A stretch of 64,000 bases of DNA, from contig MU058213.1 in the NCBI GenBank assembly GCA_013265495.1, positions 4,588,001 to 4,652,000 on the forward strand, written 5' to 3'. Both the position numbers and the translations under genes were made by a program. Every line of letters begins with the position of its first letter. Position 1 is the stretch's first letter. Of this stretch, positions 1 to 12,060 are shown in pieces. Origin of the DNA: Vicugna vicugna. Lineage: Eukaryota. The notes beneath the pieces were generated by a model. It saw nothing but the letters and a program-made list of their open reading frames with translations, was not told the origin of the DNA and ran no database searches.

Positions 1-854
1 TCTTTCTCAGACACCGTGGCTTCAGCTGTCTAGTAAAAGTTGAACAGCTGTTCCCCACATAGACAGGACTATGAAAGACCCATTGACTTAAAGTTGTTGT
101 TTAACAGAGGGCTGAAATTACAGGAAGAATGATGTAACTTTAACCCTACTCGCTTTCTGGCACAGTTTTACTGACATTATCAGGGTTATTTTTGCTATTG
201 CCTGCTTCACTTTCTCCTCTGAGGTAGCTGTGGGCCCTCCCTGCGTGTTGCCACTGCTGCTTCTCCTCTGCCCAGTACGATAGCCATGAAAGTGTCCTTT
301 GGTTTTCAGTAACACTGGTTGAGAAGTCATACCCAAAGGAAAATACTTTCATACACTCCTGCTAAAACGGGAAACAAAAGACTGATTTTATGCAGGTGCA
401 TCTGACTCCCATCTCCTATATCTCTTGTTTTCTCCTTATTACCACACCCCCCCCCAAGTTGGCAGAACATATATGGAAGGAGAGGAAGAAAATAGAAAAG
501 CACTATGTGATAAAGTATTCACAGTTGAAGGAAAAATGAAAAGAAACAGTAAACCAGGGCTCCTATATAATATGTGGGAATTATTTTGTACCTTATGTGG
601 CAGTGGTCTTTTGTCTAGAGTGAAAAATCCTGCCCACTGTGTGCTCTTTACACTGTCCTATTCCTTCCTCCTGAGCAGCAGCCAGACTCAGTGTGGGCCT
701 TGTAAGGACAGTTACACAGGTGCAGGGCCACAGAGGGCAGCTTCTGAGGCAGTCGTCATTATTGTCATCCTGCTCGTTTTCCTTGGGAACTTTTCAGATC
801 AAAACCATACATTTTTACCTAGAGAATGCTTCTGAGGACGCTTCTGAGGTGATG

Positions 855-1270
855 CTGTTATATCAGTTAGGATACTTTAGGCTTAAAGGAAGAGAAGAGT
901 TTGTCTCGACTGGCTTAAATAATAAGGGCATTTTGGTTGTCTTGTATGAAGCCCACAGCCAGGCAGTCAGGGCTCATGCTCTACTTCTTTGCGTTTCTTT
1001 CTCAGGATGGTGGCGAGGTAGCAGTTCAGAATACCACATCTGGACATAACCATGTCTAATATAAGTAAAAAAGACAATCTTTTCCTTGTCTCTTAAAAAT
1101 CTTTTCTCAGAAGCCTCTTCAACATGTTTTTCCCTCATGACTCATTGGCCAGTGTTGGGGCTTAACACAATTGCTCACAACAGAAATGGGGCCACAATGT
1201 TGGTCTTAGTTGTTAGGATTTATCCCAGGAGCTAAGAATAAAATTACTCCTTCCTGGTTCACAGTAGGAA
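855..1270. mobile_element. Degenerate ERVL-MaLR (MLT1-type) LTR fragment
   Basis: Recalled MLT1-like blocks: tatcagttaggat...actggcttaaataataaggg...ctcattggccag. Boundaries approximate. Confidence 0.45.
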
Positions 1271-4200
1271 ATGATAGACACCCCCTGCCTTCTGAACAAA
1301 ATCTGGACTCTTGTAGCAAGATAGAAGAGAAGAATGGCTTTGTCTAATACAGTTGTCACTTGAGAAAAGACACAAATATTTGAATTAAGAGAGTGTTTTT
1401 ACTAAGGGAACTTAGAAAGTAGACAACAAAACCATTTTTTGCCTTTCTTTACCTCCCTCTGAATTATCAATGAATAAAAGTTTAATAATTTGTAGTACTC
1501 AGTACTATACAATCTACACAACATCCACAATAAAAATAAAGAGGGAATGGGGGAAAAAGAGAGAGAAGAAAGGATTCCTTCAGTTGGGCTCATTTAACCA
1601 ATGAGATACTTATTTTTATCATCTTTCAGTGCCTGATGTTAAAGCAGTTACCTGAGTTCAACAGGTTTTCAGTTTAGTTGAGAAAATAAAAGAAACACAT
1701 AAAAATGGAACTGTCAGAATTCACTCTGAACTGCAGTTCTCTGGACATACTGCATGAAGAGAGTAGGATTTTAAAAGGAGAAAAAAGCTTTCTAAGTATA
1801 AAAGGAAGCACGTAAGAAAGTGCATGACCTGTTCGTCCAGAGTCATTAAGTTGACTGCTCATGAAGTCTTCACACGTGTAAACGTGAAGCACTGAAACAG
1901 AAAGGTTGGCTGGGGCTATCAGATTGTGGAAAGCAAAGCATTCAGTGCTCCATGAAGGATTATTCAGCCTTTCCCAAGCCTGGAGGATCTCATGAAAGCT
2001 TGAGCTTAGGGTGAGATTACAAAGGGAAACAACTAACAAAATAAGAAATTGTGTGGTAAATGGTCCTAAGAATTTCTCTCAGCCACACAAAATGGTGTTA
2101 TCTGTTTTCTAAATTTATTAACCAGTTTTATTAAGTGATATATTACTAAATCCCACTCAGAGTGAGAGCAGAGCAAAAACACTGGATGAATTTTAGATTT
2201 AATGATCAAAGAAAGCCTTTCCAGATTTTCTAGCCAAATAATTCTGTTCTCTTATCTTAATCAGCGTGCTTGTTTTCTGGAATGGTCAATAAATTTTATT
2301 ATCAAGTAGGCTTATTATAATCCTTCTTGAATAAGAACTAGCTTTTTGGAGTGGTCACTAAGAAGCCCAGGGCAACTACAAAAATTATTAACTACATAAA
2401 CACTTGAAAGCTTGTCCTATTTGAATAAAACAAAGTATAAGCCCCAAACCTCTACATATGTTTACCACCAGACAGCAGATGACGGGGAAGGAAGGGGGGA
2501 AATACCCTATTCTGTAGGAAACCTCGGAGGATTTTAACCTTTGCACTTTTGTTTTTCCGTATTTGATATATCCATATAATGCTACGGTTGGTGATTACAA
2601 GCTACAGATAAACTGCCAGTATGATTCTAAATTAATCTATATTTTATTCATGCACTAGTTTTATGAAAAGATGACAATGCAGGGCTGTGTAGCGCCAGAG
2701 GCATTCTGTAGCATTATGATCTCTGTCTAGAATTTGAATTCCATTCGCAACCCCAAAGTTCTCATCCATAGGTAATAAGCTGTCAGTGGGCCAGCGGGCC
2801 AGAATTACAGAAGTCTATGTATCTTTTTTTTTCATTGATTACATAATAGATCTACCATCAGGAAGAGGTAATAATGTTTCATAGTCAAAAAGACCGTTAG
2901 GCTCACAAAGTGAGTGCTTTCATACCTTTTACCTCATTGGCCTTGTAAAGGCAGATTAAAAACAAAAACAAAAAACTATGTGTGCGTACTTTATAGTCAG
3001 GACTATAAGTTAATTGATAGTACAGATCGACTAGAATGTGGGTCCGCTGATTCCTATTGTCCACTAAACTTCCATGCCAGCTATACAGTTGACTTCTACA
3101 GATCTAATAACTCTATCTTACTATTCAGCCATCCCCTCTGAGACCAGTAGCATGGATTTTTGAAATGACTAAATGGGGTTTAAGGAGCTCTGTCCATGAA
3201 ATGTAACTTGACATTTGAAGTTCAAACAGTTATCAGTGATTTAACCATGTTAGTATTCTATTGTAACCAAGTACATCACAGTGGAGCAGCCCAATCCAGC
3301 AAAAACAGGCTTAAGTATGTGTATGTTTTTCCAGTTTAATGAATTACATTTTGGAGGAAGACCTTAGTATAGTTACTTCATATCATTATCAAAAAATAAT
3401 GAATATAGGTGATTTCTTAGCTGAGTAACTCTTTGCACACATCTCATTCCTCAACACCAAGCTAGTGAAAAACCACAAAAATTGCTTGTTTTGCAAAGCA
3501 GTTGTGTTCTAACAATTCTGAGGTGTTTAAACATGAAAGTTATTTTAATGTAATAATCCATACAAGTGAAATAACATGATGATCAGGCTCCTATCACAGG
3601 CTGATCACCCAAGGATGTTAGAGCAAATGGGGCAAAATGATTGAAAATAAAATATTCTACACGTTAAAGGATACTCTTTAAAATAAGTTACAGTCTTTTT
3701 CAAAATAGATTATGATTAACCTCTTACACACATAAAACTTCACAGTTCTGCATGAATTCATGGAAGGCACTAATGCTGAAATCAGTTGTAAAGTGCTAGC
3801 TGAGTTGTTTTTATATGAATTCATGTAGTCAGTTACTGGGTTTTTCAGGTTGCTAAATTCTACTTGACAGTTATAAAATTAGCCCACAATATTCTGTTTC
3901 AATGAGTAATTTTAAATTGTCCATAGTTTGTGTAATAAAAGTATGATTGTATTTTTATGTCTAGCAGGAAGTCTTTAATAGTCCTCAAAATAATTTGTAA
4001 CACGCTTACAAGTAAAAAAATTGTTAGCTGATGAAGTGTACATATATGTGTATTTTTTTCTTACAATTTTAGTATTTAAAATTTTGTGTATAATAACAAC
4101 AGGATGTATATAATTAATTGTGAAATATAACCAGGTTATTAGGAATCTATATATCCAACTTTTAACTTGTAAAATGTGTATGATTAATAGGAATACAATT

Positions 4201-5455
4201 AGTAACTTATTCAGCCAAAGTGAACTGTAACAGTTTCAATACACCTTAAGTTGTTAGCTTCCTAAATGTGGCAAATTAACCTACAACTACAAGCTCAGGT
4301 GGAACAGTTTAAAACTTAATTTTGGGATAAACAAGACAAATTAAGTAAACCTTCAACTTGTCCAACTTCAGATTTCTAATATAATTCATATTGTCACTGA
4401 AACTTTTGTTAAGAACAATACTATATGTTTAATTGAATGGTCTTCATTATTTTCTGTACATAACTTATTTTCATATTCGTTGTCATGAAATAGGAAAGAT
4501 TTTCGATCAGTTGTTTTCTTTTTCTTTTTAAAGCTGTTGTGGCAAGATCATTAAAATATGCCCCAGTACGTGAATGAATTTCTCCTTTTATTTCTTTCTT
4601 TTTTTTTTTTCTTTTTAATTCTTTCTACTCTGAACTTGTATCCTTTTTCTGTCATTTTTTATGTTGCTTCTTTTCTAAAGTTGAAGAGTAAACAGCATAT
4701 AACAAAATTTTCATGATGATACTTTCCAAATTATATAATGTGCTTTGATGTAAATTATATTAGGAAAATTTTTAGCAGATAATCCTAAATGTATTTGCAG
4801 TCTTTTGAAATTGGTGCGTTTGTGCATTACTAAAGGCAGAAGTTAATATGACCCTTTAGAAAGCAGCTCTGGCCTTACAAATTAAGGATCATGAATATGT
4901 TCATACCTTTTAATTTAGAAGTGCTGTTTATTCTCAGACATGTTCCCCAAAAGAAAAAACACAATAATATTTACCATTAATAATATAGTGATATTCAGTT
5001 ACTATTCAGAATAGCCAAATAAAAGTAAAATGTCCAGCAGTGAGGTAATGGTGGTTAAGCAAATTATGATGTAGAAAGTCAGGTGAATATTAATGTAGTC
5101 ATTAATAGCATCATCTAAAGACTATGAAAAACCATGGAGGAGGAACAGAATTTTAAATTATGTATTTTTAAATACATTTTCTCAAGATACGTGTACATCT
5201 GGACAAAATGTGAAGAGTATGCAAACATAAGAGTATATTTTTTTCTCATCTCCCTACACTGTTGTACTAATAAGGGAAAAGATTTTCTTTAATGTGTTGA
5301 TATTATAAGTAACCAATACTATGCTAAAGGCCGAACAGAAATTTTTGCATAAATTTATGTACAGTTACAGTGTATCTTTACCTTTCCTTCAGAGCATTGT
5401 CAAGATCACTAAGTTGACCAAAATGTGTGGGTGCTTTTGGGTTTTGTTTTAACAG

Positions 5456-5529
5456 GTACCAGTCAGTGGCCCAGACCTGGAGGGCAAGCTCCTTCATCCC
5501 CAAGCTACGAAAACTCACTCCACTCCCTG
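5456..5529 (+). CDS. TCF12: TCF12 (HEB) internal coding exon, about human exon 14: (G)[24 protein letters not shown]
   Basis: Acceptor ttttgttttaacAG at 5454-5455, donor GTaaga at 5530. 74 nt. The peptide matches recalled HEB sequence and the phase fits the next exons. Upstream exons lie outside the window. Confidence 0.96.
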
Positions 5530-6537
5530 GTAAGAGCCTCTGAGAAGCATACAAGGTCACTTTTATCTAATAGTGTGGAGTTCTTTTTTTTTCTTTTTTT
5601 TTTTTTTCCTTCAGTAAATCTTGAGTAATGATGAAAAACAGTAGGATAGCATTACACATGAATTCTTTGCTAACAAATGGCCTGATTTAGTTGAACAATA
5701 TAAGACACATTGGGTGTGCCTTTTACCATCTGTTCTTTGGGGCATCAGGCTTTCTGGTCTCAGGACAGCTGGTGTTAAAATAGCATAATGGGATTTTTGT
5801 TTCTTTGACAAATCTAAGGCTTAATTTAGCTATACTTTTAAGTTTATGTATAAAGGAAACTTTAAAAAAAAAAAAACAGAGCAAGTAAAAAAAAATTAGT
5901 CCGGCAGTGCAGAATGGTGGTGTTTCATGCTTTCCCGTATGATGATACTATGTATAGTTTATTACATTTCTATAAAATGTTTTAAATGTACATCAGTTAT
6001 TTTTGTCATGAAGAGTGTTTCCCATGTTTTCTTTTTGAAAGAGAATGTATGGTATATGTACAAGCAAATATGTTATTAAACAAAAAGGCAGTAGAATAAA
6101 AGAGCCTTTCTAGGTATCAAGAATTTTTGTGGTAGGATGTTAACTACCATTGCCTTTCTGTGCTTACCACAGAATTACAAAGCATTATGAAAACAAAATA
6201 AGGATGACTTGATGGAATGCTAAGTCATGCTGTCATTCCATAACTCCAGGTTGCAAATAGAGAAGTTCTTTTTCTGTGACTAACAGAACATTTTAAATTA
6301 AGGGGAAGTTTTCTTCTCACATATTTTACAAGCAAATAAAAGCAATGTGTGCTATTTGGATGCTAACCTTATAACTTCGCTGTTAAATCCCAGTCCTCTC
6401 ATACCTTAATACAAGTAGATCTTGCAGATCTCCCGCGTTAACTTTACTAACATGTTATGCTGACGTGCACAGCAGCTATTTCCTCATCTCTTTTGGAGTT
6501 AATCTTAACCTGTGCTTTGCCTCCTGTTCTGTCTTGA

Positions 6538-6729
<192 letters not shown>

Positions 6730-7266
6730 TGACTATTTTTGTTTTTGTAACAGTATGTAAGAATAGGCTTTTGTTCTCTTATGTTGTTGAGAATGATTCT
6801 CTTTAAAAGAGCTCTACTGGCATGTGCTTTTGATTTTTTTATAATCTAATATGTTTGTGTATGGGGCATGTGTGTATCCACAGACAGACACTATCACTTC
6901 CTCAGTTTTGTGAAAGAGCACATTTGAATATGGTCACCATTTCAGATAGGTATTAAATATTCACTTAAAACAAAGTTACAACTTATCTTTGTTGGATTTG
7001 AGGACCCTTCCCCAAACTGCCCTCATTTCAAAGATCAGTGTTAAAGTACAGGTTGTCTTTTGATCAACTATAATTGAGTATCAGGCACAGTAGAGTAGCC
7101 TTCAGCTTTTACAGAAGCTAAAAGAAATAACCTCATGCTAGATTCATAAATTGATTTTACGAAGCAGTGATTTGCTTCTGAAGCTTTGTTAGTTTAGCAT
7201 AGTCTAGCAATATCCTTTCCTTGGTTGTTGACTTGTACTGCGGGTAGTTGCTTTTGAGCTACTTGA

Positions 7267-7590
<324 letters not shown>

Positions 7591-10402
7591 TAGTGCTCAT
7601 CCTTTTTGTAATAACCCCTAAAGCCTATTATCCTAAATGTTTTTCATTAAATTTTGGGGGGAAAGGGTCCTTCTTTTTGAAAGGAAAGTAGAGTGGGTTT
7701 TAAGAATTTCTTTTACTGTCTTAGGCAGGGTTGTTTGCTAAGCATTGGTCCTTAAAATCCTGCTATGATTGTGTGCAAAATGCAGCAACTTTCTACAGAA
7801 ATCATTTTAGCTTAAACTGGGATTTTTTTCCAGATGAGTAATAATTGGCAGAACAGTTTTTGCCTTGAAATAGTGAGTAGAAAGTCTGAAGAGCAAAAGC
7901 AATAAAGCAGGACTGAATTTCAAGGGTTCTCGTTTAGGAAAGCTGTTTATTGTAATTTGGAACCAGCATTCCATAATAGAAGGAATGTAGTATTTTTTGC
8001 ACAGGTCCAAATTTAAGCTTTATTCCTAAATTAAGAAAAAATGTGGGGTGCTTTTGAGAATGGCTGTAATTGAAGTGACAATGAAAGGAAACAGTTTTAG
8101 ATTAATCCCTGAAGAGAATAAAATAATTCAATCCATCTTTTTAAAAACATGATAATTCTTTAAAGGGGAAGAAAGTAAAATTCTACAGTCATGCACATCA
8201 AAAATTCTATGTTGAATGTCTTACATTATTTTTTATCCAAATTATGTTTAAAAGGAATGAAGCTCTTTTTGAACCTGCTGTTTAACTGAAACCATGTGTT
8301 TGCATGTTTATGGCATGGTTTTTAAGATGCATTCCATGCTGTGACATATTCTCCTATGAAACAGATTTCTAGCTGTAAGCCATGTGATCAAGGCTAAAAC
8401 TCACCTATCATCGAAATAATTAGGTGCCCCAAATGCTGGAGTCTTGTATTCTGTAAAATAGGATTGGTTCCAGATTTTCGCATTCACATGTCAGATAGTC
8501 ATTTATATTCATTCTGGAGCTGCTGAAGTAAACATCAAACAAGGCTGCCTGGTATCTGAGAACAGTGTTTTCAGCAACATCAGTGACTTTAGATGCCTGC
8601 ATATTTTAGCAACCAGTTTTTTGTTTTTGTTTTTTAATATCAAAAAAATCTTAAAATTCCAGCTCCTTTTAAATTAGCTTTTGTGGCTATTGATATGCTA
8701 ATGTGAAAATTGTAAATTATTAAATTCATAGAAATGTAAGGAAGTATTATTACTATTAGTGGTGTAATAAAATAATTTTAATAGTATAAGATAGTGTTTG
8801 TTGCAAATATAAATTCAGAATAGCAAATTATTATTTTGCTGAAATGCTATTTATCTTTACTTAGAAGAATGACTTGAAAATCAATATATTTGAATCCTGT
8901 TTGTCTAAACTACAACATTTCTAATTAGTCTTCACCTCTTAATCATTTTTTAATTCTTTACTGTTAATTGTTCATTCCTCCTATTCCAGTTTATCTGCTA
9001 CAACATTTGATATATCTCTGGCTCCTCCCAACTAAATGTAAAATTCATATGAAATGGAACTTCGTCTTTAGGAGCTTGTTTTTACCAACTTTGGTTATGA
9101 GTTAGAAAAGAGGTTTTTCAAAATCCAGTCCTCCAAAACCATGTTGAAACTTAGTGCATTTTTAAAGGACTTATAGAGGGAAAAATTGTTTCTTTAGATA
9201 GTGCCCTGAAGTTTTAAATTAAGAAAGTAGCTTCCATTATATCCTCTAGGAATATGCTGCCCACTTCAGAGTTGCCAGTGATATTCTTTAAAAAGGAAAA
9301 AAATTCAAAATAATCTGGAAAAAAGTATTCTGAGACAGGAGTCTGGCTTAGTCTGAGCAGCAGCATCAATGCCGCAGCAACTAGGCCCAAGCTGTTGCTC
9401 AGTGTGTCTGTCAAGGTCTTCCTTCAGTTTTTATAATCTTGTTAGAGGACACAGAGCTGGTGAAAGTCTGCGGGACTTCATCCGCTCTATCCACCCCATC
9501 CAGATGCAATCACTGGTGGAGATAGAGATGCAGATGTTCAGCCAGGCTTACCCTCAAAACTTAGTAATTGACAAAATCCAACACTGTCAGGTGAGTCAGT
9601 ATTCAACTCCCATTGTTCTGAAATGAACCTTTTAGCTGTGAGTACTAGATCTCAGTCTCAGCAAAAAGATCAAAGGATGGAATGAAGTGAAGATTACAGT
9701 CAGCCAATGACTATCTCAGCTGAGTCTTAGGCATATTGTTGAGGAAGACTCTTCTCCTGGTGACTGTTACTCATATCTGAGGACTTCCATCAGTGCTGCC
9801 AGGAGCCTTGCTTACATGCTCAGTGCCCACCTGTGAAGAATCAGCTCTTTTCATATTCTTGGAGGGTGTGTGATTTGGGGGACATATTGTAACTATTACC
9901 AGCCATCTTCAAGAGTTAATCTGCTTTTATTATCCCCTCTCAGTCCCATGTATTCTACTGATCATGACTAAAAAATGGCGCAATTTTACATTCTGGAATC
10001 ACTTTTTGTGTGTGTGTGTGTTGTTTAGCTTTCTGGTAGTTCATATACTTTTCATCTATATTAACATAAATTAGTATTTTTTTAGGCTCCTAAAAATGGA
10101 GGTTACATGGCCAAAATTACAAAGTAACTATAGAAATAACAGTTTATCAGCAATTCTGTATCACCATGTAGAATTTGGGAGGTCACTTTCTTTCAAAACT
10201 ATTTAATTTTTATCATTCCATTTATTTTTCTGCAGAGAGTAGAACTATTCTTCTAAACATAAATACCATTTCAGGAACTCCACAGAACATTTAAATAAAA
10301 TTTTTGATATAATGGACTTTTGATCATGGGCATCTACTGGCAGTCACTGTCCTAATTGCAGATTTTAAATATGATATTACTTTCTCTCTTAGCATTTGGA
10401 AG

Positions 10403-10649
10403 AAAAGAACCAGCATACTTTTTCTGTTAATGACCAGATCGTAAATATCTTCAGCTTTGCAAGCTGTGATCTCTGTCACAGCTAAACTCTGACATTGTAA
10501 CATGAAAACAGCCATACACATTATGAAAACAAATGAGTGTGATTGTGTTTTAATAAAATTTTATTTACAAAAAGGGCCTCCTTTATTAGTTTAAAAAAAA
10601 AAAAGGTAGGGGCCAGTTTTGGACCACAGGCATACTTTACCAATCCCCG
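10403..10649 (-). mobile_element. MER58A-like hAT-Charlie MITE
   Basis: Reverse-complement match to the recalled MER58A consensus (aataaaattttatttacaaaaa; aaaacagccatac; ...accaatcccc end). Confidence 0.75.
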
Positions 10650-12000
10650 ATTTAGAATATAAATTGGCTTCCCTGTGCAGGAACTAAGGGTTAGCAAGTT
10701 CTTTTCTTTTTCTTGGACCCTCTAACTTTTTGCTTATTTTGTTTTAATGAGTAGTTAGAAAGTTTTGTTGAAGTAGTTGGAATATTTGAGGTGAGCCAGA
10801 ATGCGCTGGGAGTGGAAGAAGAGTTGATGGCAAGATAAAAGTAACATGGACAGCTCAGCTCCCAGCCTTCAGCGCTATCAATATTACTTATGGTGTGAAG
10901 TCCACTTGGGCAGGTTAACCAAAGTGGTGTCGTTGATCGAGGAAATAACAGCTTTGTTGCTGAGAACCCTTGTTTACATTGTTTTTAGTTGCAACAAAAT
11001 TATGCCAGTAAGGTCATCTACAGCTGATAGTATTGATTTGTAGATGAAATAGTTATGGTTTTAGTTGTCCAAGGAAAAGATTTTTATATTTCGCACAAAC
11101 ATGATAAGATTACTACCTGCCAAAAAATATGCTAGTAGGAATCAAAATCAAAAGACTTACAACTCTGAATATTGTTTCTTTTATCTGAACAGACTTGACT
11201 TGCACCAAAGTTTAGGATTGAGATTTCAACCAAAGAAAGCTTTTAACATATTTTAGCTATCTAATATACACAAAAATTAAATTTCTTAAAGATTATTATA
11301 TCAGAAAAAGAAACTAGGAAATGGGTAATTCCTACTCCTTTTTATGTAATTAGTGTAACCAGGCTGCCATAGTTTTAACATTTGCTTTTACTTTTGAATG
11401 GGGTTGATATTTTTATTTCCTTTATTTCCTACTCTCAACGTTTTTGATGGTTTCTCCATATTTTCTTAATACAAATATAAAACTTAAGACTTTGTCAGGC
11501 ACTGTTAGGATGTGATTGATGTAACATTTAGATTTTAAAACACAAAATCAGGGGTGAACTATTGAAGTGTCAGCATGGGACTATGTTTAGTGTAAGAATA
11601 AATTCTTGAAATAAACGGTTGATAGGAAAAAATAACTGGTATTAAGTGGAAAACTGAAAAGGTATGAGACTCATGAATTTCATTTGGGCATTGCAAAGAG
11701 GTTTTAGCAATATTAAGTTATTGTATGAAACATCTGTTTATGGCTGTAGTATCTAAAATACCGCGGCCAGATGAGATAACTGTGTAATAGCCCTTTTATC
11801 TTTACACAGAGTACTCAGTTATTGTTCAGACAGTGATTTCAACTTCAAACCAAACTAGATAGAAGCCTTTGTATTAATGAAAACTTGATGCACATCTTTA
11901 AAAGTTCCTTATTTATGATACAGGATAAAATTACAACCAGGAGGTCTTTTGATTTCTTTGTTATAAGTCCTGAGGAAATTTAACTCAGGCATTTCTTTTA

Positions 12001-12060
<60 letters not shown>
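12001..12060. repeat. (ATT)20 perfect trinucleotide microsatellite
   Basis: Counted directly: 60 nt uninterrupted. Confidence 0.98.

Noticed and set aside
1..5455. Additional upstream TCF12 exon; ORFs 425..835 and 693..1049
   Set aside because: No HEB-like peptide was found. The region reads as intron and the second ORF overlaps an LTR remnant.
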